This document shows, piece after piece, positions 8,219 to 17,062 of a stretch of 64,000 nucleotides of DNA. The stretch is from Bdellovibrionota bacterium (GTDB lineage: Bacteria; Bdellovibrionota_G; JALEGL01; DATDPG01). Positions within the stretch are counted from its first letter, which is position 1. The number at the start of each line of letters is the position of its first letter. The notes beneath the pieces were generated by a model that was given only the letters and a program-made list of their open reading frames with translations, was not told where the DNA came from and ran no database searches. The DNA is taken from the NCBI GenBank assembly GCA_963668355.1, contig OY764265.1:1504001-1568000 (forward strand), in the 5' to 3' direction. The position numbers were made by a program, and so were the translations under genes.

Positions 8219-9721
8219 ATGAAACGAATCGTACTCTGGATGATGCCTTTGATTTTGTTGTCGGTTTCCTGTGACTCTCTTCAGTTTGAAAAGAAGAAAG
8301 ACAAGATTTGGCAGGACCCTCCTAAAAAAACTTCGCCTAATACCGTTCCCTGGAAAGGCCAAGCCGTGGGCGCCGATACGTTCATCAAAATTGCAAAAAA
8401 GGCTGACCTGGCTGTGGTCAATATTGGGACCACGAAGATTGTTGAACGCTCTCGGGCCAAAAGCTTTCACTATGGACCCAAGGACTCTTCTCCTTTTGAA
8501 GATTTTTTTGGAGACGAGTTTTTTAAACGTTTTTTTGGGGACACCAAAGACATTCCAGAAAAGAAACAACATAGTCTCGGATCTGGCTTTGTCATTAGCG
8601 AGGACGGCTATATCGTCACCAATAACCATGTCATTGATAAGGCCGATGAGATCACGGTCACGATTGGAAAAGACCAGGAATACAAGGCCAAGGTTGTGGG
8701 TGCCGATCCCAAGACCGATGTGGCGCTTTTAAAAATTAAACCCAAGACCAAACTCACCACCTTGGTTCTGGGAAATTCGGATGAATTGCAGGTGGGCGAA
8801 ATTGTCGTGGCGATTGGAAATCCCTTTGGCTTTTCCCATACGGTTACGCAAGGAATTGTCAGTGCCAAACAGCGTGCGATTGATTTGCCGGTTTGGGCCG
8901 AATTCATTCAAACCGATGCTTCCATCAATCCCGGAAACTCTGGAGGGCCTTTGCTGAATTTAAGGGCAGAAGTTATCGGAATCAACACGGCCATTGCCGC
9001 CATGGCGCAAGGCATCGGCTTCGCCATCCCCATCAATCTGGCCAAGAACATCTTCATGCAACTCAAAGAAAAAGGATCGGTCACCCGTGGATGGTTGGGG
9101 GTCTATATTCAAAACTTGGATGAAGAATTGGCGAAATCCATGGGCTTGGAGGATCGAAAAGGTGCGCTGGTTTCCAGCGTTCAACAAGGCAGCCCGGCCC
9201 ACGAAGCGGGAATCAAACAAGGCGACGTGATCATCAAATTCGGAGACCGAAAGGTCGATGATTTCAACGATCTGCCTCGTTATGTGGCCCAAACCCCTGT
9301 GGGGAAAGAAGTGGATGTCGTTGTGAATCGTCGGGGTGAGGAAAAGACCATCCAAGTTAAAATTGGAGAGCTCAAGGGCGCGATCGAAGAAGGCCGAAAC
9401 GAAGAAGAAGAGGGCGTCAAACAACCCTCCAAAGTCGATCTCCTGGGATTGTATGTGTCCACACTCACCAAAGCGCGTGCGCGAGACCTGGATCTTCCTC
9501 CGGGAACGCAGGGCGTCGTTATTGATGGGGTGACCGCGGACAGCCCGGCCATGGAAAAGGGCATCCGTCGAGGAGATGTCATCATTGAGGTGAATCGCAA
9601 GAGCATTTCGGGACTCAAGGCCTATAATAAGGCCTTGAAATCATTGAAAAAAGGAGGCACCGCGCTTCTCCTCATCATGCGCCCGGGAGGCCGTACACTT
9701 TTTGTTGCAATTACGCTATAA
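8219..9721 (+). CDS. degQ: DegP/DegQ (Do family) serine endoprotease with two PDZ domains
   Basis: GSGFVI, TNNHV, D, GNSGGP triad motifs; two PDZ domains; possible lipobox SVSC. Confidence 0.93.
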   Translation: MKRIVLWMMPLILLSVSCDSLQFEKKKDKIWQDPPKKTSPNTVPWKGQAVGADTFIKIAKKADLAVVNIGTTKIVERSRAKSFHYGPKDSSPFEDFFGDEFFKRFFGDTKDIPEKKQHSLGSGFVISEDGYIVTNNHVIDKADEITVTIGKDQEYKAKVVGADPKTDVALLKIKPKTKLTTLVLGNSDELQVGEIVVAIGNPFGFSHTVTQGIVSAKQRAIDLPVWAEFIQTDASINPGNSGGPLLNLRAEVIGINTAIAAMAQGIGFAIPINLAKNIFMQLKEKGSVTRGWLGVYIQNLDEELAKSMGLEDRKGALVSSVQQGSPAHEAGIKQGDVIIKFGDRKVDDFNDLPRYVAQTPVGKEVDVVVNRRGEEKTIQVKIGELKGAIEEGRNEEEEGVKQPSKVDLLGLYVSTLTKARARDLDLPPGTQGVVIDGVTADSPAMEKGIRRGDVIIEVNRKSISGLKAYNKALKSLKKGGTALLLIMRPGGRTLFVAITL

Positions 9722-9778
9722 TATTAGTGGCTTAGCCCCCTTGACAGGGGCTGAAATGTGATTAAATACTACGGGCAG

Positions 9779-10633
9779 ATGGCTACGAATACGACAGCGT
9801 TAACTTTAAGAGGCGGTCTTCAGACCTACTTTGATCAGATCGCTCAGATTCCCGTGCTTTCGCGCGAGGAAGAGTTTGAGTTGGCGACCCAATGGTATGA
9901 AACACGAGACCGTGATGTAGGTCAGCGTTTGGTGGTTTCGAATCTGCGCTTTGTGGTGAAGATTGCCCGTGAATATTCCAAATATGGATTTCGCATGGCT
10001 GATCTCGTTCAAGAAGGAAACTTGGGTCTTTTGCATGCCATTGACCGATTTGATCCACGAAAGGGATTTCGTCTCATCACTTACGCGGTGTGGTGGATTC
10101 GCGCCTATATTCAAGCTTTCATTCTTCGTTCATGGTCCATGGTTCGTGTTGGAACCACACGCATTCAGCGCCGCGTGTTTTCGGGTTTGCAAAAAGCCCG
10201 AAGAAAAATTGCGGCCATGGGAGGCGATGCTCCTCAAACCAAACAATTGGCGCAGGAGTTAGAGATTCCCGAGGACGAACTCAGAGAAACCGTTCAGCGC
10301 TTGGAAAAGCGAGATGTGAGTTTGGATCAACCCGTATACGAAGATGGTCCACAATCTTTGGGCGACACGATGGCCGATGATGCCATTGATGTTGAATCGC
10401 GCGTGATTTCTCAAGACATTCAAGAAAAAGTGCGCGAGACGTTGGATGATGTGTATGACGAGTTGAAACCTCGGGAGAGGTATCTCTTGGAAAACCGTTT
10501 ATTGTCGGACTCTCCTGCAACTTTAGAAGCTGTGGGAAAAGAATTTGGCGTCACACGGGAACGCGTTCGTCAAATTGAAGAAAGCCTCAAAAAGAAACTC
10601 AAGAAACATCTCGCTCCTGCACTGGCCGCGTAG
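9779..10633 (+). CDS. rpoH: RNA polymerase sigma-32 (RpoH-type) factor
   Basis: DLVQEGNLGL, TYAVWWIRA, RpoH-box-like WSMVRVGTTRIQRRVF, VTRERVRQIE. Confidence 0.82.
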   Translation: MATNTTALTLRGGLQTYFDQIAQIPVLSREEEFELATQWYETRDRDVGQRLVVSNLRFVVKIAREYSKYGFRMADLVQEGNLGLLHAIDRFDPRKGFRLITYAVWWIRAYIQAFILRSWSMVRVGTTRIQRRVFSGLQKARRKIAAMGGDAPQTKQLAQELEIPEDELRETVQRLEKRDVSLDQPVYEDGPQSLGDTMADDAIDVESRVISQDIQEKVRETLDDVYDELKPRERYLLENRLLSDSPATLEAVGKEFGVTRERVRQIEESLKKKLKKHLAPALAA

Positions 10634-10650
10634 GTCTTGTTTTTACTCCT

Positions 10651-13600
10651 TTATTGGTTCTGATCGTACATGTCGTACTGGTAGTCCACCTGTTTCGTGT
10701 CAGGCACTTCGATTCGTCCCACTTGACCGTAGTTGTCCTGTTGACCACTTCGGGCGCTGTGAATGGCCCACTCGACCAGTTGATTGCGGACGACCTGAGG
10801 TGCATTTTCTCCCGCTTGTTTGGCCAAAACATCCAGGACATCCACCATTCGAGGGAGACTGCGGTTTAAAACGTTTCCGGGGTTGGTTTCGAAGTCTCGG
10901 AGTTGACTTTGAAAATTATACATTCGTGTATTTTCCATGAGAAAGAACTCGAAAAACATCACTCGAGCGTCTTCCAACTGAACGTCAAGATCGTCGTTGC
11001 TATTCTTGTATTCATTTCGCATGCGATGTTCCAAGTCTCGAAGTCCCTGGTTAAACCACTCAATTGTTCGTTCATGAGTGGGGACGTCTTGCCTGGAGTC
11101 CGTTCGATTTTTTAAAAGTGTTTTCATGAATGGGTTTGTTCCATAGGGATGTTCCGGACCCACAAATTTTTCGATTCCGATTTCACTGCGAACGGCCATC
11201 TCGACAAAGAATCGAGCCATGCTCCAGTGGTGAGCTGCGTCGGTTCGCCAATTTCCGCTGATTACGCTCGATTGAATTTCTTGATTGGAAAGGTTTCGCT
11301 TTTCAATGGCTCGTTCCAAATGCTTTGCGACGGGTACGTCGGGGCTGGGGTTGATGGAAGAGTTTCCCACATCAATCCATCGAAAGGTATTCCCAGTCAA
11401 AACCACACTTCCCTCAACCGTATCCAAAAATGCGAGGCCTGCTTGTAGCATTTGAGTATGTTCAGAGAGGACTCTCCCGAGAGAGCCGTTGGGAAGTTCT
11501 TCTCCTCTGCCGTGCTCCAGGATGGATTCCAATGACGGGCCTAGCCCTCGGCTTTTCACAATCGCATGGTCAGAAGTGGCAAGGCTAAAATCGGGAAATA
11601 GGTCAGGCATGATTGAGTTGATGATGTCTGTCTTTGCGGCTGAGCTTTTGTATTTACCCAAATGTAAGAGTCCACCGTCAATTTGTCCGATTGTTTTAGA
11701 GAACAAATAAACTTCACCTTCTCGAACCAAGAAACCGGTGGAGGAGAATCCTTGGCCCAAAAAAAGTGCCGGAGTGGAAACACCTTTGATGGGTAAGTCT
11801 GGAACGAAGACCACGGATCGACCAAATTGATTTTTATAAATGCGACCAAGGTGTTGTTGCTCATATCCTCCTTTACGAAGTCCATCTTGCGCGGCTCGCA
11901 GCTCTGTTGGATTTTCTTTGGGAACCTCTTTCCATTGAATGTCTCCATTGGCATCTCTTCCCAAAACGGCAACTTGCTCAGAGGGTTTAAATCCACCTCT
12001 TCCGAGTGTTTCTTGGAGCCCGCGGTCTGAAATTTTTTGAGGAGGTGTTTCGGCCTTAATTTGGGCCGGATTTTGTTTGGGTTCTGAAGATTTCTCAGGA
12101 ATTTCCGAGCGTTGTCTGGGAGCTTCCGTTGTGGAAGAAGACGTGGGAACGTTAGGCTGAGCAGGGCTTTTTTTGGTTCTTAATCCATTGGCTCGGTTCG
12201 GGCGAACGCTGCCTTCGGTTCCACTCTGACGGGCTTCCATGACATCCATTCCGGGGCGAGGAGCCCGGGTATTTGGAAGTTCCATGGGGATATAGTCCCC
12301 TTCCGCGCCCGCAGCTTGGGCCATTTGTTGCCTTTGAGCTTGTGCGGAAGGCCTGTCGGATCTGGAGCGTGGACGGACAAGCCGCAATCGATCTCGAATG
12401 GAGGTCGAGGAGGCTCCGCCCTGCATGGTGGCGGAAGCGATTCGGAGTTCAACGACCAGAAGGAGTGCGTTGGCCCAATTTTCCAAGACCTTTCGTTGCT
12501 GAGGATCTCCTGACAACATGAGTTCGAGTTGTGTCACGCCGGCGAAGGAAAAAGACTCGGTGAGGAGTTCGCCGAGAAAAATGCTTTTGGATTTCATTTT
12601 GGGAAGAATGTCATCGGCCATGGCCAATTGCGTATGATGTGGCGTTATTCCATTTGGGGCGATCAGACCTCGTTGCATGAATTTTTGAAGAACGCCGTAA
12701 TAAGCAAAGCGCCCCACAGAGATGGCTCCAAACATGAGCGTGGCACTTCGGAGGCCTTTCCAGTAATCGTCCCAGGCTTTCATTCCCACAAAGGGAGTGT
12801 GAAGAGCCGCATAGGCGGTATGGAATGTCGGACCGGCAGCTCCAACGAAAACGGACCCAGGAACAATGGCTCTCGCAATCTTCCAACGCCAAGCGGAGGA
12901 GGCCAATGCGTGGTATCCGAACTTCCGAACGAGAAATGCCCGCCAGCTTCCACTCATGCCTCGGGTGGCCAAACGACCTGCCCATCCAGCGGCTCGACCT
13001 GCGGGGAGAATGAAGAGAAAAATTTCTCCCACCTGTTGCGTGAAGCGATCTTTGGAAGCTTGGGTCCACTCCATGGGGCGATCAAATGGATCAAACAACC
13101 ACGCATACAAATCATAGGCTTTTTGAAACTGCGTGAGTGTGAGGATGTTGGAAAAATGTGGATCCTCTCGATCGATCTTCCGGAACGCGAAATGTGCTTG
13201 AAGTCGTTGACGTTCGAAGTTCAATAAGTCTGAAACAAAATCTTCCTTGGTTATGGATGTGCCCGCGTAGTGGGCATTTTCTTCGATGTCTTTTCGATGT
13301 TTTTCGTAATGATGGGCAAACTCTTCCGCGAGACCTTCGTGATCCAATTTTTCTTCAATCTCGTTGAGCTCGTTGGAAGATAGTCTGCTTCCCGCCTCAA
13401 CCAGCGCATAGTTTAAAAAGTAACGCTCCAGAACCAAACGCGCCTCTTCATATCGTTTGATTTCGCCAAAATATTGCGCGACGCCCAGCCAAATGTCGCC
13501 AAGGTGAGAGAGTTTGAGGTGGGGTTCGAATTTTTCTGCGCGTTCAATTTTATATTGGTTCCAGGAAAATCCGATTTTTACGTTTGCCGCATCCAGAAAT

Positions 13601-14157
13601 ACATGTTTGCTCCACCGATTCATGAGCGGACCAAAGACCGCTTCGTAGGCGGCATCTTTTTTAGGGTTGTCGTTATAAAATGGAATGCTTTGGGTTTGAT
13701 TTACATTTCTCCAAGCTTCCACAAGCGTGTTGGCTCTTCCTTCAAGGAGTTCATCTTTTAAGCGTGAACGAACCTGGTCACGGGCTTCAAATTCCTCGGC
13801 AAGACGTCTTTGTTCGCTCCGCATGAGCCGAGTCAGCCAAGGGGTAAGGCGTTGCTGAGTTTCGTCTACAAGTTCGGCGAGGTCCAGCAACTCCAAAGCC
13901 AATCGACTGGTTTGAAGCCTTTGCTCCAGCCCTGGGAGGTCCAAATCCTTTGAAACCTCTTGAATGAATCGAATGAGATCTGCGTTGGTTTGCTGAGTGT
14001 TTAAAAGAAGTTCAGAACCGGTCCATTGAACTTGTTGGGTCCATTTTTGGGCAAAAGATTCAGGAGTGATGGGCAGAGATCTGGTTTCGGCTCCGGAAGT
14101 CCTCGGACTCGCGAGCGCAAACACCATGATGACAAGGATGAACTTCCCCAAATTCAA
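10651..14157 (-). CDS. Large exported/membrane protein with putative C-terminal protein-kinase-like domain
   Basis: 1168-aa ORF; signal peptide; helical N-terminus; Gly/Ala-rich hydrophobic middle; low-complexity linker; kinase-like motifs. Confidence 0.7.
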   Translation of the reverse strand: MNLGKFILVIMVFALASPRTSGAETRSLPITPESFAQKWTQQVQWTGSELLLNTQQTNADLIRFIQEVSKDLDLPGLEQRLQTSRLALELLDLAELVDETQQRLTPWLTRLMRSEQRRLAEEFEARDQVRSRLKDELLEGRANTLVEAWRNVNQTQSIPFYNDNPKKDAAYEAVFGPLMNRWSKHVFLDAANVKIGFSWNQYKIERAEKFEPHLKLSHLGDIWLGVAQYFGEIKRYEEARLVLERYFLNYALVEAGSRLSSNELNEIEEKLDHEGLAEEFAHHYEKHRKDIEENAHYAGTSITKEDFVSDLLNFERQRLQAHFAFRKIDREDPHFSNILTLTQFQKAYDLYAWLFDPFDRPMEWTQASKDRFTQQVGEIFLFILPAGRAAGWAGRLATRGMSGSWRAFLVRKFGYHALASSAWRWKIARAIVPGSVFVGAAGPTFHTAYAALHTPFVGMKAWDDYWKGLRSATLMFGAISVGRFAYYGVLQKFMQRGLIAPNGITPHHTQLAMADDILPKMKSKSIFLGELLTESFSFAGVTQLELMLSGDPQQRKVLENWANALLLVVELRIASATMQGGASSTSIRDRLRLVRPRSRSDRPSAQAQRQQMAQAAGAEGDYIPMELPNTRAPRPGMDVMEARQSGTEGSVRPNRANGLRTKKSPAQPNVPTSSSTTEAPRQRSEIPEKSSEPKQNPAQIKAETPPQKISDRGLQETLGRGGFKPSEQVAVLGRDANGDIQWKEVPKENPTELRAAQDGLRKGGYEQQHLGRIYKNQFGRSVVFVPDLPIKGVSTPALFLGQGFSSTGFLVREGEVYLFSKTIGQIDGGLLHLGKYKSSAAKTDIINSIMPDLFPDFSLATSDHAIVKSRGLGPSLESILEHGRGEELPNGSLGRVLSEHTQMLQAGLAFLDTVEGSVVLTGNTFRWIDVGNSSINPSPDVPVAKHLERAIEKRNLSNQEIQSSVISGNWRTDAAHHWSMARFFVEMAVRSEIGIEKFVGPEHPYGTNPFMKTLLKNRTDSRQDVPTHERTIEWFNQGLRDLEHRMRNEYKNSNDDLDVQLEDARVMFFEFFLMENTRMYNFQSQLRDFETNPGNVLNRSLPRMVDVLDVLAKQAGENAPQVVRNQLVEWAIHSARSGQQDNYGQVGRIEVPDTKQVDYQYDMYDQNQ

Positions 14158-14220
14158 CCTGATTCCCCCTAACAGTTTCAGTTAAATCACAATTTAGAGG
14201 GAAAGAAAAGCAAGCAACAT

Positions 14221-14255
14221 GCCACCTTTGGACGTTCAAGAAGCCCAAAGGTGGC
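14221..14255 (-). terminator. Terminator-like hairpin after pruA
   Basis: GCCACCTTTGG/CCAAAGGTGGC 11-bp stem; imperfect U tail. Confidence 0.6.
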
Positions 14256-14274
14256 CACTAACTCATTAAAAAAA

Positions 14275-15822
14275 CTACTTTTTTGCGGAGGTCAGTTTGG
14301 CTTGAGTGAACAGCATGAGATAATCACGTCCCCCTGCCTTAGAATCTGTCCCACTCATGTTGAAACCGCCAAAGGGGTGAACGCCTACCAAAGCGCCTGT
14401 GCACTTTCGGTTATGGTAGAGATTTCCAACGTGATATTCCCGTTTGGCTCGTTCCCAGACGTCTTGAGATTTTGTGTAAATCGCACCGGTGAGACCAAAC
14501 ATCGTGTTGTTGGCAATGTCAAATGCATGGTCGATGTCCTTGGCTTTCGAAATGGCCAATACCGGACCAAAGATTTCTTCCTGCATGATGGTGGCTTTTT
14601 CGTCCACATCCTTAAAAACATGCGGAGCAATATAATGACCCTCTTCACTGACTTTTTGGCCGCCAACGATCATTTGGCCTTCTTTTTTGGCAATCTCAAT
14701 GTAATTGTTAATGGTCTTTTTGGCTGAGGCACTAATCACGGGGCCCATATAATTGCCTTGCTCTTTGGATTGCCCCATCACAATTGCTTCCGTTTTCTTT
14801 TGAATCAGAGGAAGAATTTCGTCGTACACATCTTGGTGAATGATGGCACGGGAACAAGCAGAGCATTTTTGTCCTTGGTAACCAAATGCCGAAGCTACGA
14901 TTCCTGTGGCGGCGTCTTCCAAATCTGCATCGCTATTTACGACGATGGAATCTTTTCCACCCATTTCAGCGATCACACGTTTGATCCAAATTTGTCCTTC
15001 TTGGTGTTTGGCTGCCAACTCATTGATGTGCAGGCCGACTTCCATAGAACCCGTGAAGCTGATGAAGCGCGTTTTCGGATGGCCGACCAAGGTATCTCCG
15101 ATTTCCGCTCCGCTTCCCGGCAGGTAGTTGAGTACGCCTGGAGGGCAACCCAAGCCATGCATCATTTCTGCAAAGAGATAGGCAATTCCTGGTGTGTCCG
15201 AAGCGGGTTTTAAAATGACACAGTTTCCTGAAACGATCGCAGCTGTGGTCATGCCAACCATGATCGCATTGGGAAAATTCCAAGGGGGGATTACCGCACC
15301 AACACCCAAAGGAATATATGTGAGTTCATTGTTCTCCGTTGGGATTTTCGTTACGGGTTGTTCAGAAGCATAACGAAGAGCTTCGCGCCCATAGAATTCC
15401 ATAAAATCAATCGCCTCGGCGGTATCGCCATCAGCCTCTGGCCACGTCTTTCCGGCTTCTAATACCATCCAAGCCGAAAACTCGTGTTTGCGTTTTCGCA
15501 TTTCAGCAGCGGCTTTGAAAAGAAGGTCGGCTCGCTCTTGCGCAGATTTCATCGACCAGGTTTTAAAAGCTTTTTGCGCTGCGTTCATGGCATCCGCTAG
15601 ATGGTCTTTCGTAGCTTTGGCAAACGTGCCGATCACTTCAGACGTTTTAGAAGGATTGGTGGAAACAAACGTTTGCGAGCTGGAGACTTTTTCACCATTA
15701 ATAATGAGCGGGTAATTTTTTCCAAAAAGCCCCTCGACTTCTTGGATGGCTTTTTCCATGGCTTGTTGGTTCTCAGGTTTTGAAAAATCGGTGAAAGGTT
15801 CGTTTTTGAATTCGCTCGGCAT
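14275..15822 (-). CDS. pruA: L-glutamate gamma-semialdehyde (P5C) dehydrogenase
   Basis: FKNEPFTDF N-terminus, PWNFP, FTGS, AEMGGK, GQKCSACS, PFGGFNMSGTDSKAGG. Confidence 0.93.
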   Translation of the reverse strand: MPSEFKNEPFTDFSKPENQQAMEKAIQEVEGLFGKNYPLIINGEKVSSSQTFVSTNPSKTSEVIGTFAKATKDHLADAMNAAQKAFKTWSMKSAQERADLLFKAAAEMRKRKHEFSAWMVLEAGKTWPEADGDTAEAIDFMEFYGREALRYASEQPVTKIPTENNELTYIPLGVGAVIPPWNFPNAIMVGMTTAAIVSGNCVILKPASDTPGIAYLFAEMMHGLGCPPGVLNYLPGSGAEIGDTLVGHPKTRFISFTGSMEVGLHINELAAKHQEGQIWIKRVIAEMGGKDSIVVNSDADLEDAATGIVASAFGYQGQKCSACSRAIIHQDVYDEILPLIQKKTEAIVMGQSKEQGNYMGPVISASAKKTINNYIEIAKKEGQMIVGGQKVSEEGHYIAPHVFKDVDEKATIMQEEIFGPVLAISKAKDIDHAFDIANNTMFGLTGAIYTKSQDVWERAKREYHVGNLYHNRKCTGALVGVHPFGGFNMSGTDSKAGGRDYLMLFTQAKLTSAKK

Positions 15823-15986
15823 TGCATGATCTCCTTTAAATTAAGCTACTTGCGACTATAAGCCCGGGGTCGCGCCGGCAGTATACCAACGGAATTTAGA
15901 GTGGCAAGATGAGTTGCTTCCAATTCCGAACAAAAACGCCCTAAACCCCTGTCTCTGTCCAGGATTCTCAGAAGGGGTCTGACCCC

Positions 15987-16511
15987 TTATGGGTTCTTTC
16001 GTGTGAAGCGCCACTTGCAGACGTAGTTGTCTGGGTGAGGATCGGGGGGGCAGCTGACGCACTCTGTGTCTATTCGCGGATCGATGGTTTTGGCAAAGCC
16101 ACTGTATTCAACGATTCCTACGGATTTGCATGGAAAATCGGGCAAGTTTTTTCGGTGGCGGGCATCTTGAACGCGGCACCGATTCATTTCGAATGTGAGC
16201 GTGTTTTCATCCAAGCGTTCCGATTTTTGATCATTGATTCGAGCGTACAGGCGAAACCGCAAGGCTTTTTCCAATGCATCCAAGCCACCATCTTCGGGAA
16301 TGTTCTGACGTTTCATGATGCGCTTGGCTTCAATGGCGGTGAATTTTTCCCAGGCCTCTGCATCACACTGAATGGCTGCATCCATTCCGCTCATTTTTTC
16401 CACTGCCTGGAACCAAAGTCCATCATGAGCCAACCAATTCTTGGCGGCATCTTCGAGCATGTCGATGAGTTGTTCTTTGGAGAGTTTCTCAAGGTCTGAG
16501 CGATTGGGCAT
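15987..16511 (-). CDS. DUF6125-type protein (ATC-hydrolase/V4R-like fold)
   Basis: KNWLAHDGLWFQAVE, CRVQDAR, FPCKSVG, CPPD...CKWRF pattern. Confidence 0.75.
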   Translation of the reverse strand: MPNRSDLEKLSKEQLIDMLEDAAKNWLAHDGLWFQAVEKMSGMDAAIQCDAEAWEKFTAIEAKRIMKRQNIPEDGGLDALEKALRFRLYARINDQKSERLDENTLTFEMNRCRVQDARHRKNLPDFPCKSVGIVEYSGFAKTIDPRIDTECVSCPPDPHPDNYVCKWRFTRKNP

Positions 16512-16527
16512 GGCAAAATCGTATCGC

Positions 16528-16559
16528 AAAAAAACACCCGCATAAAGCGGGCCTTTTTT
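16528..16559 (-). terminator. Intrinsic terminator, possibly bidirectional
   Basis: CCCGC-ATAAA-GCGGG flanked by A-tract and T-tract. Confidence 0.55.
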
Positions 16560-16662
16560 ATGGCCTGCCCAGGCGTAGCACTTAAGTAAATGAGCAGGGC
16601 TTTGTCTGTCTTCGCCAAGTCTTCGCCGGGCCAGTCTTCACTCGGTTATACCTCCCGAAGAC

Positions 16663-16683
16663 TGACAGGCGCGAGAGGAATTG
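16663..16683 (-). repeat. Direct-repeat copy of tRNA-Trp 3' end (att-like)
   Basis: CAATTCCTCTCGCGCCTGTCA vs tRNA CAATTCCTCTCGCGCCTGCCA (16939-16959), 20/21 identical. Confidence 0.8.
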
Positions 16684-16938
16684 GTCAGGTTCGAGATGCT
16701 GTCCGCTTCGCTCCCAACCTCTCGAACCTGACATAACGGACTCTAGGGCCTTGCGGCCCAAGACTCCGTAAAATCGAGTCGTTCGGTGCTGGTTGTACCA
16801 TAAGTTTTTGCTTTGATTCGGGCCCTGCAAGAAACGTAGATCGCGTTTTCAAAGGAAAGTGGCGCACCTCTCTACCTTGGTTCAAAAGCACTTTTGGTGT
16901 TTGTAAGCATGTGCGGTTACGCAACGGGGTGAGTTTTA

Positions 16939-17014
16939 TGGCAGGCGCGAGAGGAATTGAACCCCCAACCCCCGGTTTTGGAGACCGGTGCTCTGCCAAT
17001 TGAGCTACGCGCCT
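16939..17014 (-). tRNA. tRNA-Trp(CCA)
   Basis: 76-nt cloverleaf, AGGCGCG/CGCGCCT acceptor stem, CCGGT-CTCCAAA-ACCGG anticodon arm, GGTTCAATTCC T-arm, encoded CCA. Confidence 0.98.
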
Positions 17015-17062
17015 ACCGAGTGGGTTTTGTTGTCAGCTCATCTACCAGCTTCCACGCTGGAG

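Noticed and set aside
8105..9618. Antisense ORFs inside degQ (and similar shadows in other long genes)
   Set aside because: Shadow frames of a well-supported CDS
16685..16999. 104-aa ORF overlapping tRNA-Trp
   Set aside because: Translation of tRNA and spacer sequence
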